Part shown: positions 47,166 to 62,058 of the stretch, piece after piece
How the letters are laid out: each line of letters starts with the position of its first letter
Position numbering within the stretch: the first letter of the stretch is position 1
Assembly: GCA_043228905.1 (NCBI GenBank)
Contig: JBHGNT010000016.1
Location: 5,084,001 to 5,148,000, forward strand
Direction: 5' to 3'
DNA: 64,000 nucleotides
From: Azolla caroliniana
Lineage: Eukaryota > Plantae > Polypodiophyta
Program-made: the position numbers and the translations under genes
Notes under the pieces: model-generated
Told to the model about the DNA's origin: nothing
The model's input: only the letters and a program-made list of their open reading frames with translations
Databases searched by the model: none

Positions 47166-50100
47166 CTATTTCCTCTTGTACCTGAAAAGGAATCAATAAG
47201 TGGGAGAGATAACCATAGAGAATAGCAGATGAACAGATGGTTCATTAAGCAAATTGCACAACTATATATTTACCTTCCTTTACTTTTAAATGATTTTCTT
47301 GATACACCCGGCTTCCTCCCTGGCTTTGAACCCCTACCAAAATTCTGAGACTTTCCTCTTGATTTGGTCATGTCCCCTTGGAATAATTCTTCCATTTCTG
47401 CTCTCTTCTTTTTCTCACGAACAATCTTGGGCTTCTTTCTATTAATACCTGCTGGTGGTTTTCTTAATTTCCCAGACTCTCTAGCTTTATCCAAGGCTTT
47501 CACAGCTTTTGCCCGCCGATAGGCAAGTTCTGCAACCGTTGTACCACCCTGTTTCCCTGATGCTGAGCCTTTTTTCCTTCCCTTCTTTACATCACTTTCC
47601 TGAAAGAAGTACATACTTTCACATTAGGACTTGAGATATTGCCAAAAAACCAGATGTTAAATATTTTTAAATTGTAACGTAGCTATACATACATCTTCAT
47701 ATTCAGCTTCACTTGTGTCCTCAGTAGCAGCTTCTCGGGAAGCTTCAAGTCTCCTTCGTTTTTTTCGTGTCATGTTTTTCTGTAGATAATAGGTCAGATT
47801 CTAGAAACTAGAAGATATCACTATCGAAGTTGCTAAATAGGCGAAATCACTATTGTTCTAGTTCACAATACCTCAAGTTCACGGGATCTCTTTTTGGCAT
47901 CAGCAGCCTTCTCTGCATCTTCAACACTTAAAGATCTTCCCATCTTGTTTTCTTTCATATCTGAACTCCTTGCTGCCTATTATTGTAAACAAACGCATAT
48001 AATATTGCTAAATAAAATCACAAATTAAACTAAAGATAAATATAAAAGACTATTTACCATCACTTAACAGTACAGAGTTCAAAGCAGTTGTTAAAAAGTA
48101 TTTCAATACAACCCAAGAATGGGCATACCAAGATCAAGGAATATTTATGACATGAAAACTGTACTTTTCTGCACATCGTAGCAGGTAAGAATTGTTTTAT
48201 GGGGTAAAGCAGCTTGTTTCGGACACTTCCACACAAAACAATGCATTTGGCCCAACGAAATACAATCTCATGCAACAATGTGGGGCAAGTTTAGATTGTC
48301 AAATGGAAAAAGGGGTAGGTTCCATCACATTTCGAAAAGACCCACAGTCTGTGTATAGATTTTAGTCTTCTTGGCAACTCCCCACACTTACAACATCATT
48401 GCAAAACTCTCCAGAGAAGAATTTTTATACATTCCTATCCTGCAGATGTGGATTTTACATTAAATATCATTTCAGACTCATAGGTAATTTACCCTACGTT
48501 CAGTTTATGACATTTGAAAAACAGAATATTAGGTCTAATAAAGACTGTTTTCTACATGCAGAAACAGAAGTGCCGATGGCATTCCCATAGCCTTGAAGTA
48601 CCAATTCCAGAAGCTATAATCAGCACATGAAGAATATAGCCTACTAGATGAGAGGAGAATTTAATCACCCCAGTGTTCATGATATGCTTTTTGATAATTA
48701 ATTAGAAGAGAGAATACCTTAGTCATCCAAATGTATGATGGGCCTGTCCATAAAGGTACTTGAAACATAATCATATAGATACAGATCAAATGCAGGGAAG
48801 GGAAGATGGCATGTGTGAATTAGTTACCAATAAATCTTGGTAAGATAGTGGCAATATATTTTCATTTGATATAAACTGACGACTTACAACAACCATAAAA
48901 GTTATTCAAAAAATTAGGTCTATATTCAAAACATGATAATAAAACATATAATATGCTTCATGTACTGTCAGAACATGAAAATGTAACATATAGTAGGCTT
49001 CATCTAGTGTCAAAACGTGATAGTAGAGATAAAATACACTGTCGTCAACATTAACCATCAAAAATTAAAAACATAGTCAAATGCATTAAAATGTAGAGGC
49101 AACATCACCCATGTAGTAATCAGCATTCAACTTCTATTCTAAATAAGCATCAATTATAGCCACAGTCTTGAAATGCCCTCCTATGTAAATGGAAACCTCC
49201 CCAATAGGAGGGGCAAGGATCTTCCTGTGAGAGACATGATCATGCCAGTTACCCTAGTCTAGTTAAGAGTCAAGACAAATATCTGGGCCAATTTTGAAAC
49301 GCCCTCCTATGTAAATAGAAACCACCCCAATAGGAGGGGCAAGGATCTTCCTGTGAGAGACATGATCATGGCAGTTACCCTAGACTACTTAAGCCACATA
49401 TTTGGGCCTGTACTAGGCTTCCCCTACGATAAAATATGCAACAAAATGCTGTTTACTATCAAATATGCCATACAACAGACATAATCAGGATAGTTACCCT
49501 AGTCTCATTGGGCACATATTCCCGTAGTTTTAAATATGCAACACAAAAGTCCTTTTAGCTAATCTGTTGCACTGCAACAATATAGAGATTGTTTCTCTTT
49601 ATATCTACTGCTACATTCTGTTATAGTGTTAATTTTACACATGATTCTACCTTAGCAACATTTGCAGTCTGCCTTCTCTCTTTTGGAGTTTGGAACCAAA
49701 TTTTCTTCGGGCGTGAGTAGATCTCAGATTCATAATCCATCAGATTTTGTGCCTGGATAACAAAATAAAAATCAGAAAACATTGATACTAATCCAAATTA
49801 ATCAAAGAAATGAAGATATGAAAAATTTACCTTATTTGCTTCCATCTCAGCTTTCCTCAAGGCTCTTTCCTCCCTGGTTAATGTAATTAGAATATCAGAC
49901 TAATTTAAATAAAGCATATAGCCATGCATTTTAGCATACATCCATAAAGCACAGATACCTCTCCTCTTTGATTACAGCGCGCACAGAGCTTTCCATTTCA
50001 TTAATTTTGTCATGCCACTTCATTATTATATCCACGGGTACTACTCTACTACTAAGCTTGGATCCAGCCCTCTTAGCCTGAATCAGGAGGTAGCTTGCAT

Positions 50101-53100
50101 TATATTTCATTGATAGGAGTAACTCAAGCCACTCCAAATTAACAAAAGCACTAAACAAACCACTGCTTTTACTAGCAGGCGATCATTTTCAGAAATGAAA
50201 GTAACAGCACATCCTCTCATGCCAGCCCTTGCAGTCCGACCTACACGATGTACATAGCTGTGGCCAGAAAGGAGCAGTGAACAAAGCTTTTCACTAAATG
50301 AAAGAGTTTTAATTCAAGAATGCAATTGTTGAAGGTATTTGCATAGAAAACTTATATGCATATTTAAAACAAGATTATTATGCTTTAATACTAACGTGGT
50401 GATATCTCGGGGACATTCAAAATTAATGACTGTTTCCACACCAACAATGTCAAGGCCCTGCAATATAGAAATCATTCCCAGACTGGTATCTTTGACCAAG
50501 TCAATAAACAAACGAAATCCATATAACCCAGAAACATCACTCACACGAGCAGCCACGTCAGTTGCAATCAAAAAGTCCACATCCTTATTCCTGAATAATT
50601 CCAATGCCTGCCACTCCAAATATCAAGTTAAACAAAAGAACAATGCAGAAAATAAGAAAATCAATGAAATCCTTTACAATCATACATCGAGCCGCTGTGC
50701 TTGTGTTAGATTTCCATGAAGCTCAGCAGCATTCAAACCAGAGAGGCCAAACAAGATCTTGAGCCTGTGGGCTTCAATTTTTGTACCACTGCATATAGCA
50801 TTGACTTTTTAACATTTGACAGTAATTAAGTCCCTCTAACATTCACAAGTAATTAAGCTCCTTGAATTCATTCTCAAGGGTATAGAATCACAAGATTATT
50901 ACCTAAAAATAATTACTTTGGTTGTAAATGACCGGGTGCAAAGTGCCAAGAGTACAGCCTCCTTATCACCCTCATGTTGTGGCCTTATCTTTACCACTCT
51001 TTTCCATAAAAATAGGACAACAACAATTGTTTAAAGCTCAATTTCAATTTGAAAAATCAACTTTAGCTCCACCCTCTAATTCCAATTATAAAGACATACT
51101 GTTCCAAAAGTGTTGCAGGCCGTTGGGTGGACGGATCTGCAGAAAGTCTTACGGGATTGACCAAAGACAACTTTACCAGCTCATTCACTTCTTCTGTCAT
51201 TGTTGCTGAGAAAAGCATTGTTTGCCTTTTCTTGGGACAAAGTCGTACCTAAAGGACATAATCCCCAAATGAAGTCTTTTAAAATATATACAACTTTCGT
51301 AAAGAATGATTCCATTTCATTATGGAACATACTATATGTAACACCATAAATGGTACAACATCATCCTGCTAGAAAGCAATGCATCTGAACCCTTAATGAA
51401 TAGTAATTAATGGTATCCTTACATTCTGTCAAGTCTGGTCTTTTTATTTCCAAGAAAATAAAGAAACCTGGGCAGCTTAAAACATAGGAGTTTATAAGCT
51501 CTCTTAAAACCCCTGTATAATATGTGTGCGTTTATAATAAGGAGCATAATCCAAACCCACATCTCTCCATCATTCTATGGATAAAACCAAATGTAATACA
51601 TACATCTGGATAATGCATCCATTAAAAATTTAACATGCAATAGATGATTATCTAACTATAAATCAATTTCAATGGTCTTATCTATAAATCAACATCATCT
51701 GAAAGTTATCTTTAACTTAGTTAATATGACTAGTTGAAAATTAATAGACATCTAGCTACATTACTGCATTTATAGCAAGACAAAGTCTGCTCTGCTTGTA
51801 CAACGGTATCCAAACTCAACTGTTCGCCAAATGTTTGCTTTCACATTGCATGCTAACGTTTAAACTTGGCAATGCTCGAGTAACATATGAAAAAGTATCC
51901 CCAAACTGTATTTTCCACAGGACTGACAACTATAATATATTTATAGTAGTATAGATATTTATAATTAATAGGTTTTAACAAGGGAACTTGAAATGATGAA
52001 AGATGAAATGTATTATTCACAAAACTTACCAGTTCATGGACTTCATTGCTGAAACCAAGCTCTAAGAGCCGGTCAGCTTCATCTAGAACCAAGATAGCCA
52101 AGTCCTCTAATCCCACAGAGTGTGTGTTGTGCAAGTGATCAATCATTCTTCCTGGGGTAGCAATTACGATATCTGGATCTGAGCGAAGCCCAACCTCTTG
52201 GACCTGGCAGGAAGCCAACAGAAAGGCATGTCAATTCTTCGTGTCAATCAAATTGATAATTGCATATCATCAGCTCATTCATGCCTAAATTAATTACATA
52301 CGATTTTAATTTACATGACATAAAAAGTTATGAAATTCATGGAAAGAATTGTTTCAGTTGTTATCATCCCTTCATGAATGGAATGGCAAGTCAGATGTGG
52401 CATGTGTGTGAACTTGACTGCACTACATGAGAAACATTGCAAGTCATGTTGAACTAAGATTTCTACAACACAAAGTTTCCGGCAAAAATTATCACCTTAC
52501 TAGAAAGTCCTCCAACTACAAGACAACACCGTATATCAGTAAATTGTGCCAACTTCTCAATCATGCTGTGAACTCTGCCAAAGTAGGTAGAAACAACAGA
52601 ATCAATACAGGACATGGTGGAATTAAAAGGTTAAAGATACAGCATTTCAAATCCCTTAATAGAGCATAATTTTGCATCTACGTTTACAGTTTAATCAGAT
52701 ACATGTAGAAACAATAAACCTAGATTTAATTGAAGTTGTAAAAACCAATGTACCAGGAAACAGATAGAATTATATTCAGTTATTCAAATGTACTTTATGA
52801 ATGAGGCTCCCCATTTTATACATGATACAAATCCAAACAGATACTAAACTCCACATTGTACAATTCAGTATCTTCATATGGTACAACTACTGAGACACCA
52901 TATAGATGCTTGAAGTTTCTCTAAAGATTCTACCAAACTATCACTTAAGTTACAGAATTAAGAAATGAAAATAACTTTTGCAGAGAAACTTACGATAACT
53001 AGAATAACTTGCAATGAATCAGATGCTAGAGGACAGAATTTGAATTTACTCATAACATTGCCACAGATTCATATTGGCATAGTTAGTCATTCCAGGGAGC

Positions 53101-55558
53101 CTTATATCCATGTGAGAGATAAGACTACATTACTAAGTCCTCTAGTTGCTAGCATATCAATCTTGAAACTTTGGCTAGGACAAAAAATCAGCCAAATCCC
53201 TTCAATGACCCTTGGCCAATCCCAGTAGATTTGCATATATCCAGTCACTTTATTGTTTCACTTATTTATTTTGCTCACTCTGCAGTAAAACTGATCCTTT
53301 TATTCGCTCGACCATATCAAATTATTTTGAATTTTTATAATAGAAATCTTTGACACCGGGAAAACAATATAATCATATTTTGAAAATCTAGGAGTGAAAG
53401 CACTTAGTTTTAGATATTAAATCAATAGTTCCATTGCAGTTAGGTTATACCATTGGAATTTGAGAAATCAGGTAAATACCTCACAAAGTATACATAGGGC
53501 TGTTCATGGAGATTTGAAGCCAATAAAGGAATTTGTGGTAACAATAAAGCACAACGTAAATCCTTTGACAAAGAAAACATAGTATTGACAAGTACTCAAC
53601 CTCAAACCCATCGTATACACTCTAACCTTTCCTACAAAGCTATACTAACTATCGAGCATTAGAGATTAAATACACTACCAATAGAATGCTTGCATAGCTG
53701 CCATTATCATTCAGCTAGCTTTCATAACATTATTGAGAAGGCTGGGAATAAAAACCATGGCATATATATGGGAGAGAGAGAGAGAGAGAAAGAAAGATGT
53801 TTCATACTGCACTGCAAGTTCCCTTGTTGGTGTCAATATCAAGACACGAATTGCAGGTATCCTTCGAGGTCGGAACAGAAGCCTTTCAAGTAATGGCAGT
53901 GCAAAAGCAGCAGTCTGGAAGCATCACAGAAAGATAAAACCATCATGTTTTTCACTTAGACATTTTCTTTGTATTCAATTAAAGAGATAACGGTTAAATC
54001 TTACTTTGCCAGAGCCTGTAACAGCACTCCCACATATATCTCGCCCAGTTAATGCAAGAGGGACACATGCTGCCTGCCAGGGGAGTCAGCCAAGGGAAAG
54101 AAGTTAGTGATCATATTTCTGCTCATAACAATACATTTTCAGTTTTAGCAGCTTCAATTTTTGAATTTTAATAACATTAAATTTCAAATGTACCTGAATT
54201 GGGGTAGGCTGTTTGTATCCAAGAGCTTCACATGCTCGTAGAAGAGGTCTAGAGATGTTGAGATCCAAGAACGACTTCGCACTGAACGTCGCGTTGACAT
54301 CTGAACAAAAATACTTACCAGGCTTTACCTTCACCTGTTTTATCACCTGAAACAGGGGTGGAAAATGAACAGTGGTTAGCTTCCTGTCAACCAATTAGTT
54401 TTAAAAGTCACATTAATACAGCAATTCAGCTTTTCATGATCAAACAAACGCATGAAATGATAGCACTGAAATAGTATGCAGGCATTGATTGAAGACATGA
54501 ACGCTCTTTTTGAATATTAAACAAAGTCAATCTCACCAATACACATAGACAAAGTAATGGAAGATCATAGAAGTTAATCTCATCAATATGCATAGCCATA
54601 GACACACCATACAAAGGCATGAATTCTCCCTCTTGACACAGAAATGCAGATTCCAGTGAGACACTGAAGCAAGAAATCTCTCTTGAGATCACAAGAAGTC
54701 TCTCAACCAATTGACGCCTCATTTAACACAGTTAGAAAGCTTTTACTTAGACACAAACTCATCATCAAAGGGCAAGAATCCTTCCTTAATACCAAGCAAA
54801 GCTCTCTCACCAAAAATAGAAAAGGTTCAGGCAGAAGTTAATTGAATAGTTTGAGTGAAGTCTGCCTTAAGAGAAAGCAGATTTCTCTCACTACAAATAA
54901 AAAGCTTTACCTTCTCTTGATTGGACTGCAACTTTTTGTCTTTCTTGGAGGAATCAACCATTTCTTCTTCTCCTTCTCCTCCTTCTTCTTCTTCTGATTC
55001 GCCTTCATCGCTAGCTCTTTCATCTTTAGCCTTGTTATCCTCATTTACAGCATGACCTTCTTCGTCGTCTTCGTTTATACATACATTCTCTTCATCTTCA
55101 CTATCACTCTCTCGGGCCAACTGTTGCTTCTGCTCTTTCCTATTCTTAAACTTCAAGCTTTTCTCTTCCCATATCTTTTCATCGTCATCTCTCTCCCATC
55201 TCTTCCCTTGAGCTCCCTTTATCATGGTTTCTTTCCTTTGCCTAAAGTTCAAGCTTTTCTCTCCGCTGGCATGTTGCTTACCATCTTCATCTTCATCCTC
55301 ACCTTCACCTTCACCTTTACCTTCACCATCTCTGTCAGCTTCCTCGACCGGAGATTGCATAAGCCACGCATGCTTCCGCTGATCTTTCCTTTGCTTGGCG
55401 TTTAGGATTTTGACATCAATGGGGGTGGTGTTGCGCTGCAGGTGCTCTTCGGCGACGGTAAGGGAGTAGCCAGAGAACTCCCATGGGGACTGGGAAGGGG
55501 GGGCCGAGAAGCCATGGCCGTCCAGGGCATCATCGTCGAACTTGAAGCCTTTGTTCAT
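47166..55558 (-). CDS. RH28: DEAD-box RNA helicase 28 (DDX27/Drs1 orthologue), 19 exons, ~865 aa
   Basis: Exons 55558-54911, 54346-54194, 54073-54005, 53914-53808, 52574-52496, 52203-52030, 51248-51100, 50998-50903, 50788-50686, 50607-50545, 50457-50396, 50257-50161, 50077-49959, 49873-49831, 49752-49651, 47976-47872, 47779-47693, 47599-47274, 47181-47166, all GT..AG and phase-consistent. Motifs [47 protein letters not shown]. Confidence 0.95.
49168..49409. repeat. Intronic tandem duplication (period 126 bp), each unit with a hairpin
   Basis: ttgaaa(t/c)gccctcctatg...ataggaggggcaagg... at 49168 and 49294. Confidence 0.85.
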
Positions 55559-55668
55559 CGTCGTCTGCAACAAACGAAGCAGAAAAGGAAGGAAGAGAAG
55601 GAGAGAAGGGAGGGGTATGTATAGTCAGTGTTAGTTGTACAAAAATACTAACACGTAGAAAACGAAGG

Positions 55669-55960
55669 TTTTAATTATTTCCGGGACTACCCCTCTCAGT
55701 GTGTTTTTTTTCCTCACTATACCCCTCTCCGTGTTGAGCTTCTTCCCTTTCATTTCCCGACAACGCTTTTAATTATTTCCGGAACTACCCCTCTTAAGTG
55801 TATTTTCCTCATTTCTCCAAACAAACACTATACCCCTCTCTCTCTGTGTTGAGCTTCTTTCCTGACCAAAGTTTTAATTATTTCCGAACTACCCCTCTGA
55901 GTGTTTTTCCTCTATTTCTCCAAACACTACTACCCCCTCTCTCTATTTTGAGCTTCTTCC
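55669..55960. repeat. Three ~100-bp tandem repeats upstream of RH28
   Basis: ttttaattatttccg..actacccctct..tacccctct..ttgagctt at ~55669, 55767 and 55872. Confidence 0.8.
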
Positions 55961-56779
55961 ATTTCATTTCCCAATTCCCCCATGATTTCACACACATACA
56001 CCCCTTCGCTTTGCAGTAGATGCTCATAATATACCCCACTTTTGTGCTCAATAGAGCTAGTTGAGCAGGTTTGCTTTTATTTTATTTTTTTCTAAAAAAA
56101 TATCCTCCATTGGTATTGAAATTACAATGGCCAAAGGCAATATACAAAAACAGTCCAATAATCCAATCTTTCTATGTAAAGAGTGAGCGGGTTAGATTTT
56201 GTTTGCTACACCCAAATACGGAAACAACTTCCCAGAGAGAAGGTGAAGATATATTACGATACGCACTTAAATGCGATCCGATTGTACATTGGTCAAAGTT
56301 TGCATGAATTGACAAAGGAGGCTCAATTGTGTTTCGTAAGGTTATGTTGAGTGAGCAATTTATTGATTATTTATTGATATCGAGGCAAGAATCAACGTGC
56401 ATATTTTAGTTTTGATTCAACTGGGTTATTATCAACTTGTAATCCTTCTTTGTGGAATTAGAATGTTAAGAAAGTAGGGAGTTTGTCCTAACTTGAGGTA
56501 AGTGGCAAGTTTTCTCAATAAGAATCATGTATCCTCGTTGAGCTCCTTCCACTTTCTACCCTACTGAGAGTAAACTGAAGGAGAAGGTTTTTCGAGTTCC
56601 TATAAGCTTCGAACTATGTTGTTTGTATTAAGTAAATCAATCGACATCATACACAAGGTTACGATATTAACAACATCACTCACTCGTGTTTGATAATCTT
56701 CATTGTTATTTAATATCGTGAGCCTTGAGGAATATATAGTTATAGCGATTGGAAAGAGTAAAACCACTTCTATTAATAT

Positions 56780-59718
56780 TTTGTAGAACTAAATCCTAAT
56801 GTAAGCATGAGATAAGGAAATATAATATAAATATAAATTGAGAAGAGAGAAAAAGAAGGGTGTTGATCCACCCGACCTCCCCCAAGCAAAGGGATCAAGA
56901 CGGACTCGAGCCTCGATCAACGTCCCATACCACCATCGTGGCATTGTGTCGTGCCTGGTACTGGCACACTCGCGACAAGAGTTTGATCCCCATGAGGTCA
57001 GAGTCTCGACGTAGTCAAAACATCCTAATTGAGGGTAGCTAGGCCTCATATTTATAGCCAAACCTAAGGCCCCCAAGCCAATTCATACTTGGCCTCAGTG
57101 GGTTGTCTCAATCCCTAGGATTAAAAGTAATCCTCCCTTCTTTACACTCCTAGTTAACCCTCGCACTTTATCTATGTGTATAGAATACTACGGTACAATC
57201 TTACCACAGATATTTTATGGCCATGCCCATAACATACTCCCCCCTCTTTAAAACATTGCACTCTTGCAATGAAAAGTTAGGGAAGTTAATTCTACGAGTA
57301 TTTTCTCGTTCCCACATGGCATCTCTTATAGACTTATCCATCCATTTAATTTTAAATTCTCAAATTATTTTACAACAAAAATATTTCATTTTTAGCATCG
57401 AGAATTCTCTCTGGTACATGCGGTTTAGAAGATAATTCTTCAGAAGTAACCAAAGTTTCAGTTGTAACTGTATTGTCGCCAGAACCAAGAAGTTCTTTTA
57501 GACGACTGAAATGAAAAATTGGATGGATTTCGATGCCATGAGGAAAAGTGAGACAATAGGGTAATGAACCAATGCGTTTGAGGACTATAAACGATCCACA
57601 AAACGGTGGGGCTAACTTAGAGCACTTACCCATAGATAATGTCTTAGAATTGTGAGGTACACGTAAAAATACCTTCTGTCTAGGGTTGAATACACGAGGT
57701 TGCTTATTATGATCGGCATAAAAGCGCACTCTATCTTGAGCTATTTTTATATTATCTCGTGCAATATGCAACATATCTTGCATATCTCAAAGAAAGTTTT
57801 GTGTACTTCACAACTCATCATGATGTATATTAACACCAATCGGGGCTCATGGCTGAAAAACCATACATCAACATAAAAGGACTATATGTTGTCGTTGTAT
57901 GCTTGGAGTTGTTGTAAGCAAACTCCAAATTTGGGAGATAATGTTCCCATTTTGTTGGCTCTGCACCAACGTATGTTGCATGTCCTCAATAATTTGATTT
58001 ACTTGTTTTGTCTGTGCATCGTATTGAGAATGATCCGTGGAGCTCGTGCTCAATGTAGTTTCTAACTTCATAAAGACTTGTGTAGTTTCTAACTTCATAA
58101 AGACTTGTGTCCAAAAGTCGCTAGTAAACTTTGGATCTTGATCACTCATGATATCCATCGGTAACCCATAAAAACGAAATAACTCATCAATGAATTGCTA
58201 AGCCAATTTAGGAGTTGTTACCGTGGTTTTAGTAGCAATAAATCTGGCCATTTTAGTTAGTTTATCAACCACAACCCAGATGGCATCATGGCCTTTTGGG
58301 GTGCAAGGAAGCCTAACAATAAAATCCATGGATATACTTTCCCACTTATTGTTTGGAAATTCCAAGGGATGTAAAAGTCCAACAGCTTTAAGTCGCTCGA
58401 CTTTGTTAACCTAACATTGGTGACATTTAGTCACATAGCTATGTATGTCAGGACGCATCTTTGGCCAGTAGAATTGAGTGGAGATGAGAACGAGTGTGAG
58501 ATGTATTCCAGATTGCCCTGTTGAGGGTGCATCATGGTATTAAAAAAGAATTCTTTTTTTGACCTTAAGCAAATCTAGAACACAAACCTTCCCATTACGG
58601 TAGAGCAGACCGTTAGCAATGTGGAAGGATTCCTTCGAGGGTGTGGTGATGTCTGTTCCAAACTCAACTCTTGCCCAATATTTTGCAAAATAATTGTCAT
58701 AAGGATACTTTCTCCAAGGTGATCATAAAGATCGGATGTTATTTCAGTGACTAAGCATGTTAACTTTACGAATGCGACCAAGTGCATCAATGACTGTGTT
58801 CATGGAACCTTTACGATATCGTATGGAAAAATCAAAGTCTTCAATGAGATCGACCCATTGTGCCTTCTGTCCCTTAAGGTCTTGTTGGTCACAAGAATAT
58901 TTCAAGGACTTGTGGTCCATAGTTACCACAAAACGATTTCCATAAAGATAATGGCGCCATGACTTTAGCGCATGGATAACTGCAAATAATTCATTTTCTT
59001 GAATGGTATACCGACATTGAGCAAAATCAAGTTTCTTACTCTCAAATGTTATTGGTTTACCATCTTGATATAGGACAACACCTATAGCATAATCACTTGC
59101 ATCATTTTCAACCTAAAAAGGTTCTGAAGGATCTGGTAAAATAAGCGAAGGAGCATTGCAAGAACACCTGGTCCTTGAGTTCCTTAAAGGCAAGGTCTAG
59201 TGTAGCATTCCATACTATAGGTTTTCTGGACTTATGCGTTTGACCTTTCAAAAGATCAGTAAACGGAGTCGTCAATTGAGAGCAATTGCGAAGAGATTTT
59301 CGCAAAAACCCAACAAAACCAATGAATGATCGAACTATGTGAATATTCCGAAGAGTGGGCTAATGTTTGAATTTCTCAATGTGAGAAGGATCAATTTCAA
59401 CTCCTTGTTCGGTTGTGAGATGTCCATGATAAGTTATTGATTTCTTGAAGAACTCGCATTTTGAGATCTTTCCGCAAAATTGTTTGCCACACAATATTTG
59501 CAAAACAAAGCGAACATGTTTAACATGTTCTTCTAATGTGCGGCTATAAACTAGAATACCATCCAAGAAAATAATGATAAATTTTCCAAGTTGTTCTCGG
59601 AAGATATCGTTCATTTCTTGTTGAAATGTGGCCGAAGCATTGGTCACACTTTATCCACGTGTATAGAATACTACGGTACAATCTTACCACGGGATATTTT
59701 ATGGTCATGCCCGTAACA
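56780..59718 (-). mobile_element. Decayed, internally deleted Ty3/gypsy chromovirus
   Basis: RT (TNASATFQ..FLDGILVYS), RH (DHKSLKY), IN (SDQDPKFTSDFW), chromodomain-like PERILDAK. PPT ~57237-57250. 3' LTR starts at 57234 (its left end is uncertain); the first ~72 bp of the 5' LTR are at 59647-59718. Confidence 0.85.
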
Positions 59719-62058
59719 AATATCTTAGCTTGTTTATATTTCTTTTACAAATTTAGTTGCCCTAAGGCCATCTCACACCTGCTCAAACATTTTAGACTTA
59801 CTAGCATATGTTAAATTGATATTGCCCACACCTTGACATCAAGAATTTAGTATCAATGCATATGAGGCAACACGAGGAGAATGTCTCCAAAGTTTGTACT
59901 TAATATCCCCCACACTCCTCAACCATTGAATGCACATTCTTGAGTGGATCATGTCACGCATAATTATTGTACTTATTTATGTTTATAGAACATGGAGATT
60001 GAAGGGTTCTTGGAGTGGTTGCAAATTGGCATACATAGTTGAAACTTACGATGTCAATCTAAGAATGGCCAAAAAACAACCAATTGTTTTGCTATTTATT
60101 CACTAGCCTCCCATCCACAATACTAATTCACTTCCACCACTTATCCTCTTCCTCAAAGATGGCCTTAACTTGATTACTTCACTACTAAATGGATGTTTTC
60201 CATGCTCCTATTTAACTAGTTAGCCTTTTGACCAGAGTCACAATACTCTCCTCTCTTTATTATATGTTTTTGAGACTTTGGGTTAAAAACACAACTTGTC
60301 CAACCCTACCCAACCTTTAGATGCAACTCTCAATCAATGTTTGGCCACTGCATGTGTATTTGCTTCCTTATGAACAAGACCAAGTATTTAGCCATGGGTC
60401 AAAGATGCAAGACATGACACTTCCATCACCTTAACATCCAACACCTTCAATTCACCACCATACCACATATTAGTCATTCTCTATCAAAGTCTTTGGATTT
60501 AGACAAGTCAATCAAGTCCAAGGAGAAGTGTGTGAAAAGAAATATCCTCCTACTAACTTGGAAAAAATATGCTTGAATGTTATGGTGTACCTTTGTCTAT
60601 GTGCATTTCACCATATAGCATATGGTAGAAATTACTTATTGTATTATGTAACTTTTGTTTGACCCAAAAGTAGTAACTTTCCAGTAATTGAAGAGAAGGG
60701 TTGACTCATTTGTGACACTCTCTACATTGAATTGACATTGGGCTTAGACCAATGGATTAAGGGATGTGACGCATAAAGAGGGAGGGAGAGAGAGATCACT
60801 AATTGCAATTACAAACTTGTCCAAATTATGAAAAATGCTATTATGTGACTATTAGTGTGCTCAATGCGTGTTACTAGTGAGTTGAGACCCATGAGCGAGG
60901 AATTCTACAATTGCAACAAAACTCGAAGTGAAGAGACATAGCAATGAGACAAGGTAGGAGTGAAGAGAACTAGCAATAATACAAAATCTAAAAGAGAGAG
61001 GAGGGTCCAAAGAAGCCGACCTACCAAATGGTAGATGTGTCTCCTATAGACCCTAGCAATGAAGGGAATTTGGAGAGAAAAGGGAGGATAAAGTATAAAA
61101 AAACTAGGAATGAAGCCAAACTAACAATGGTCCCTCACCTTGTAGTTCTATCACACTTTCATACACACATGCACATTTCACGAGACTATAGACATCGCAT
61201 ACAACGTGATTATTTCTTACTTGAGACATCCAATGTTGCATGATAGTCTTTGGCATGCCCCCACCCAACCCCGAGCTTCCCAATCCAAACTATCCTCATA
61301 GCCATGATTGTCACAACCGTGAGGCCGACATAGAGCCACATTTTACGTTTTACATTCAAATTCCACCCTAATGATTTCCACTCAACCTTTCTTGCCATAT
61401 CCTCTATCCACACCATGCCTTGAGTCTAAGTAAGTCTTCTTAGGGGCATATCCTAATGATTGTTTGTCTACCCAAGGGTTACCCCACGTTGTTATATGAC
61501 TCAAAAGGAAGTAAGGTTTCCTCAAATGGGGGTTTAATCAAACAACTCGTGCTCGAATATCTTAATAACCATTTGATGAGAATGGGGTTTTAGTGTTGGC
61601 CATTTGATGAGAATGTGTATCATCCATCCAAAGGCCACAATCGTAAATACATACATGGGCATAAAGGTATCATTAATTAGAACTACAATGCTTATAACTG
61701 GAAGGAGGTTTGACATTACAAATGTTAAATTGGGTAGGTTATCAATAAGTACACATTGCTTTGAATTGTGCTTCCTTATTTGCCTAAATAAAAGTCACAT
61801 ACATATAGCTTTAGCAAGCTCGAGAAAATTAATTTAGACTTGCATCATTTTCATTATACATCTTGTTGTGTCTGCTTTGCTTCAACTTTCGAGGTTACCT
61901 TCGTATGAGAGATTGGCAGTCATAGCATTGTACGCATTATTAAGACTTTTTCAAGGTTACAATGTCTATGTTTCATTGAATCAAATCTCCCATATAATGC
62001 TTGAGTATTGACACTGAGTGTTTCAATTGGGATAGTGAGCTTTGTGAATTAATCAATG

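Noticed and set aside
56770-56800. Exact left end and TSD of the chromovirus
   Set aside because: The right flank aatat has no copy directly abutting a TG start, so the boundary is left approximate.
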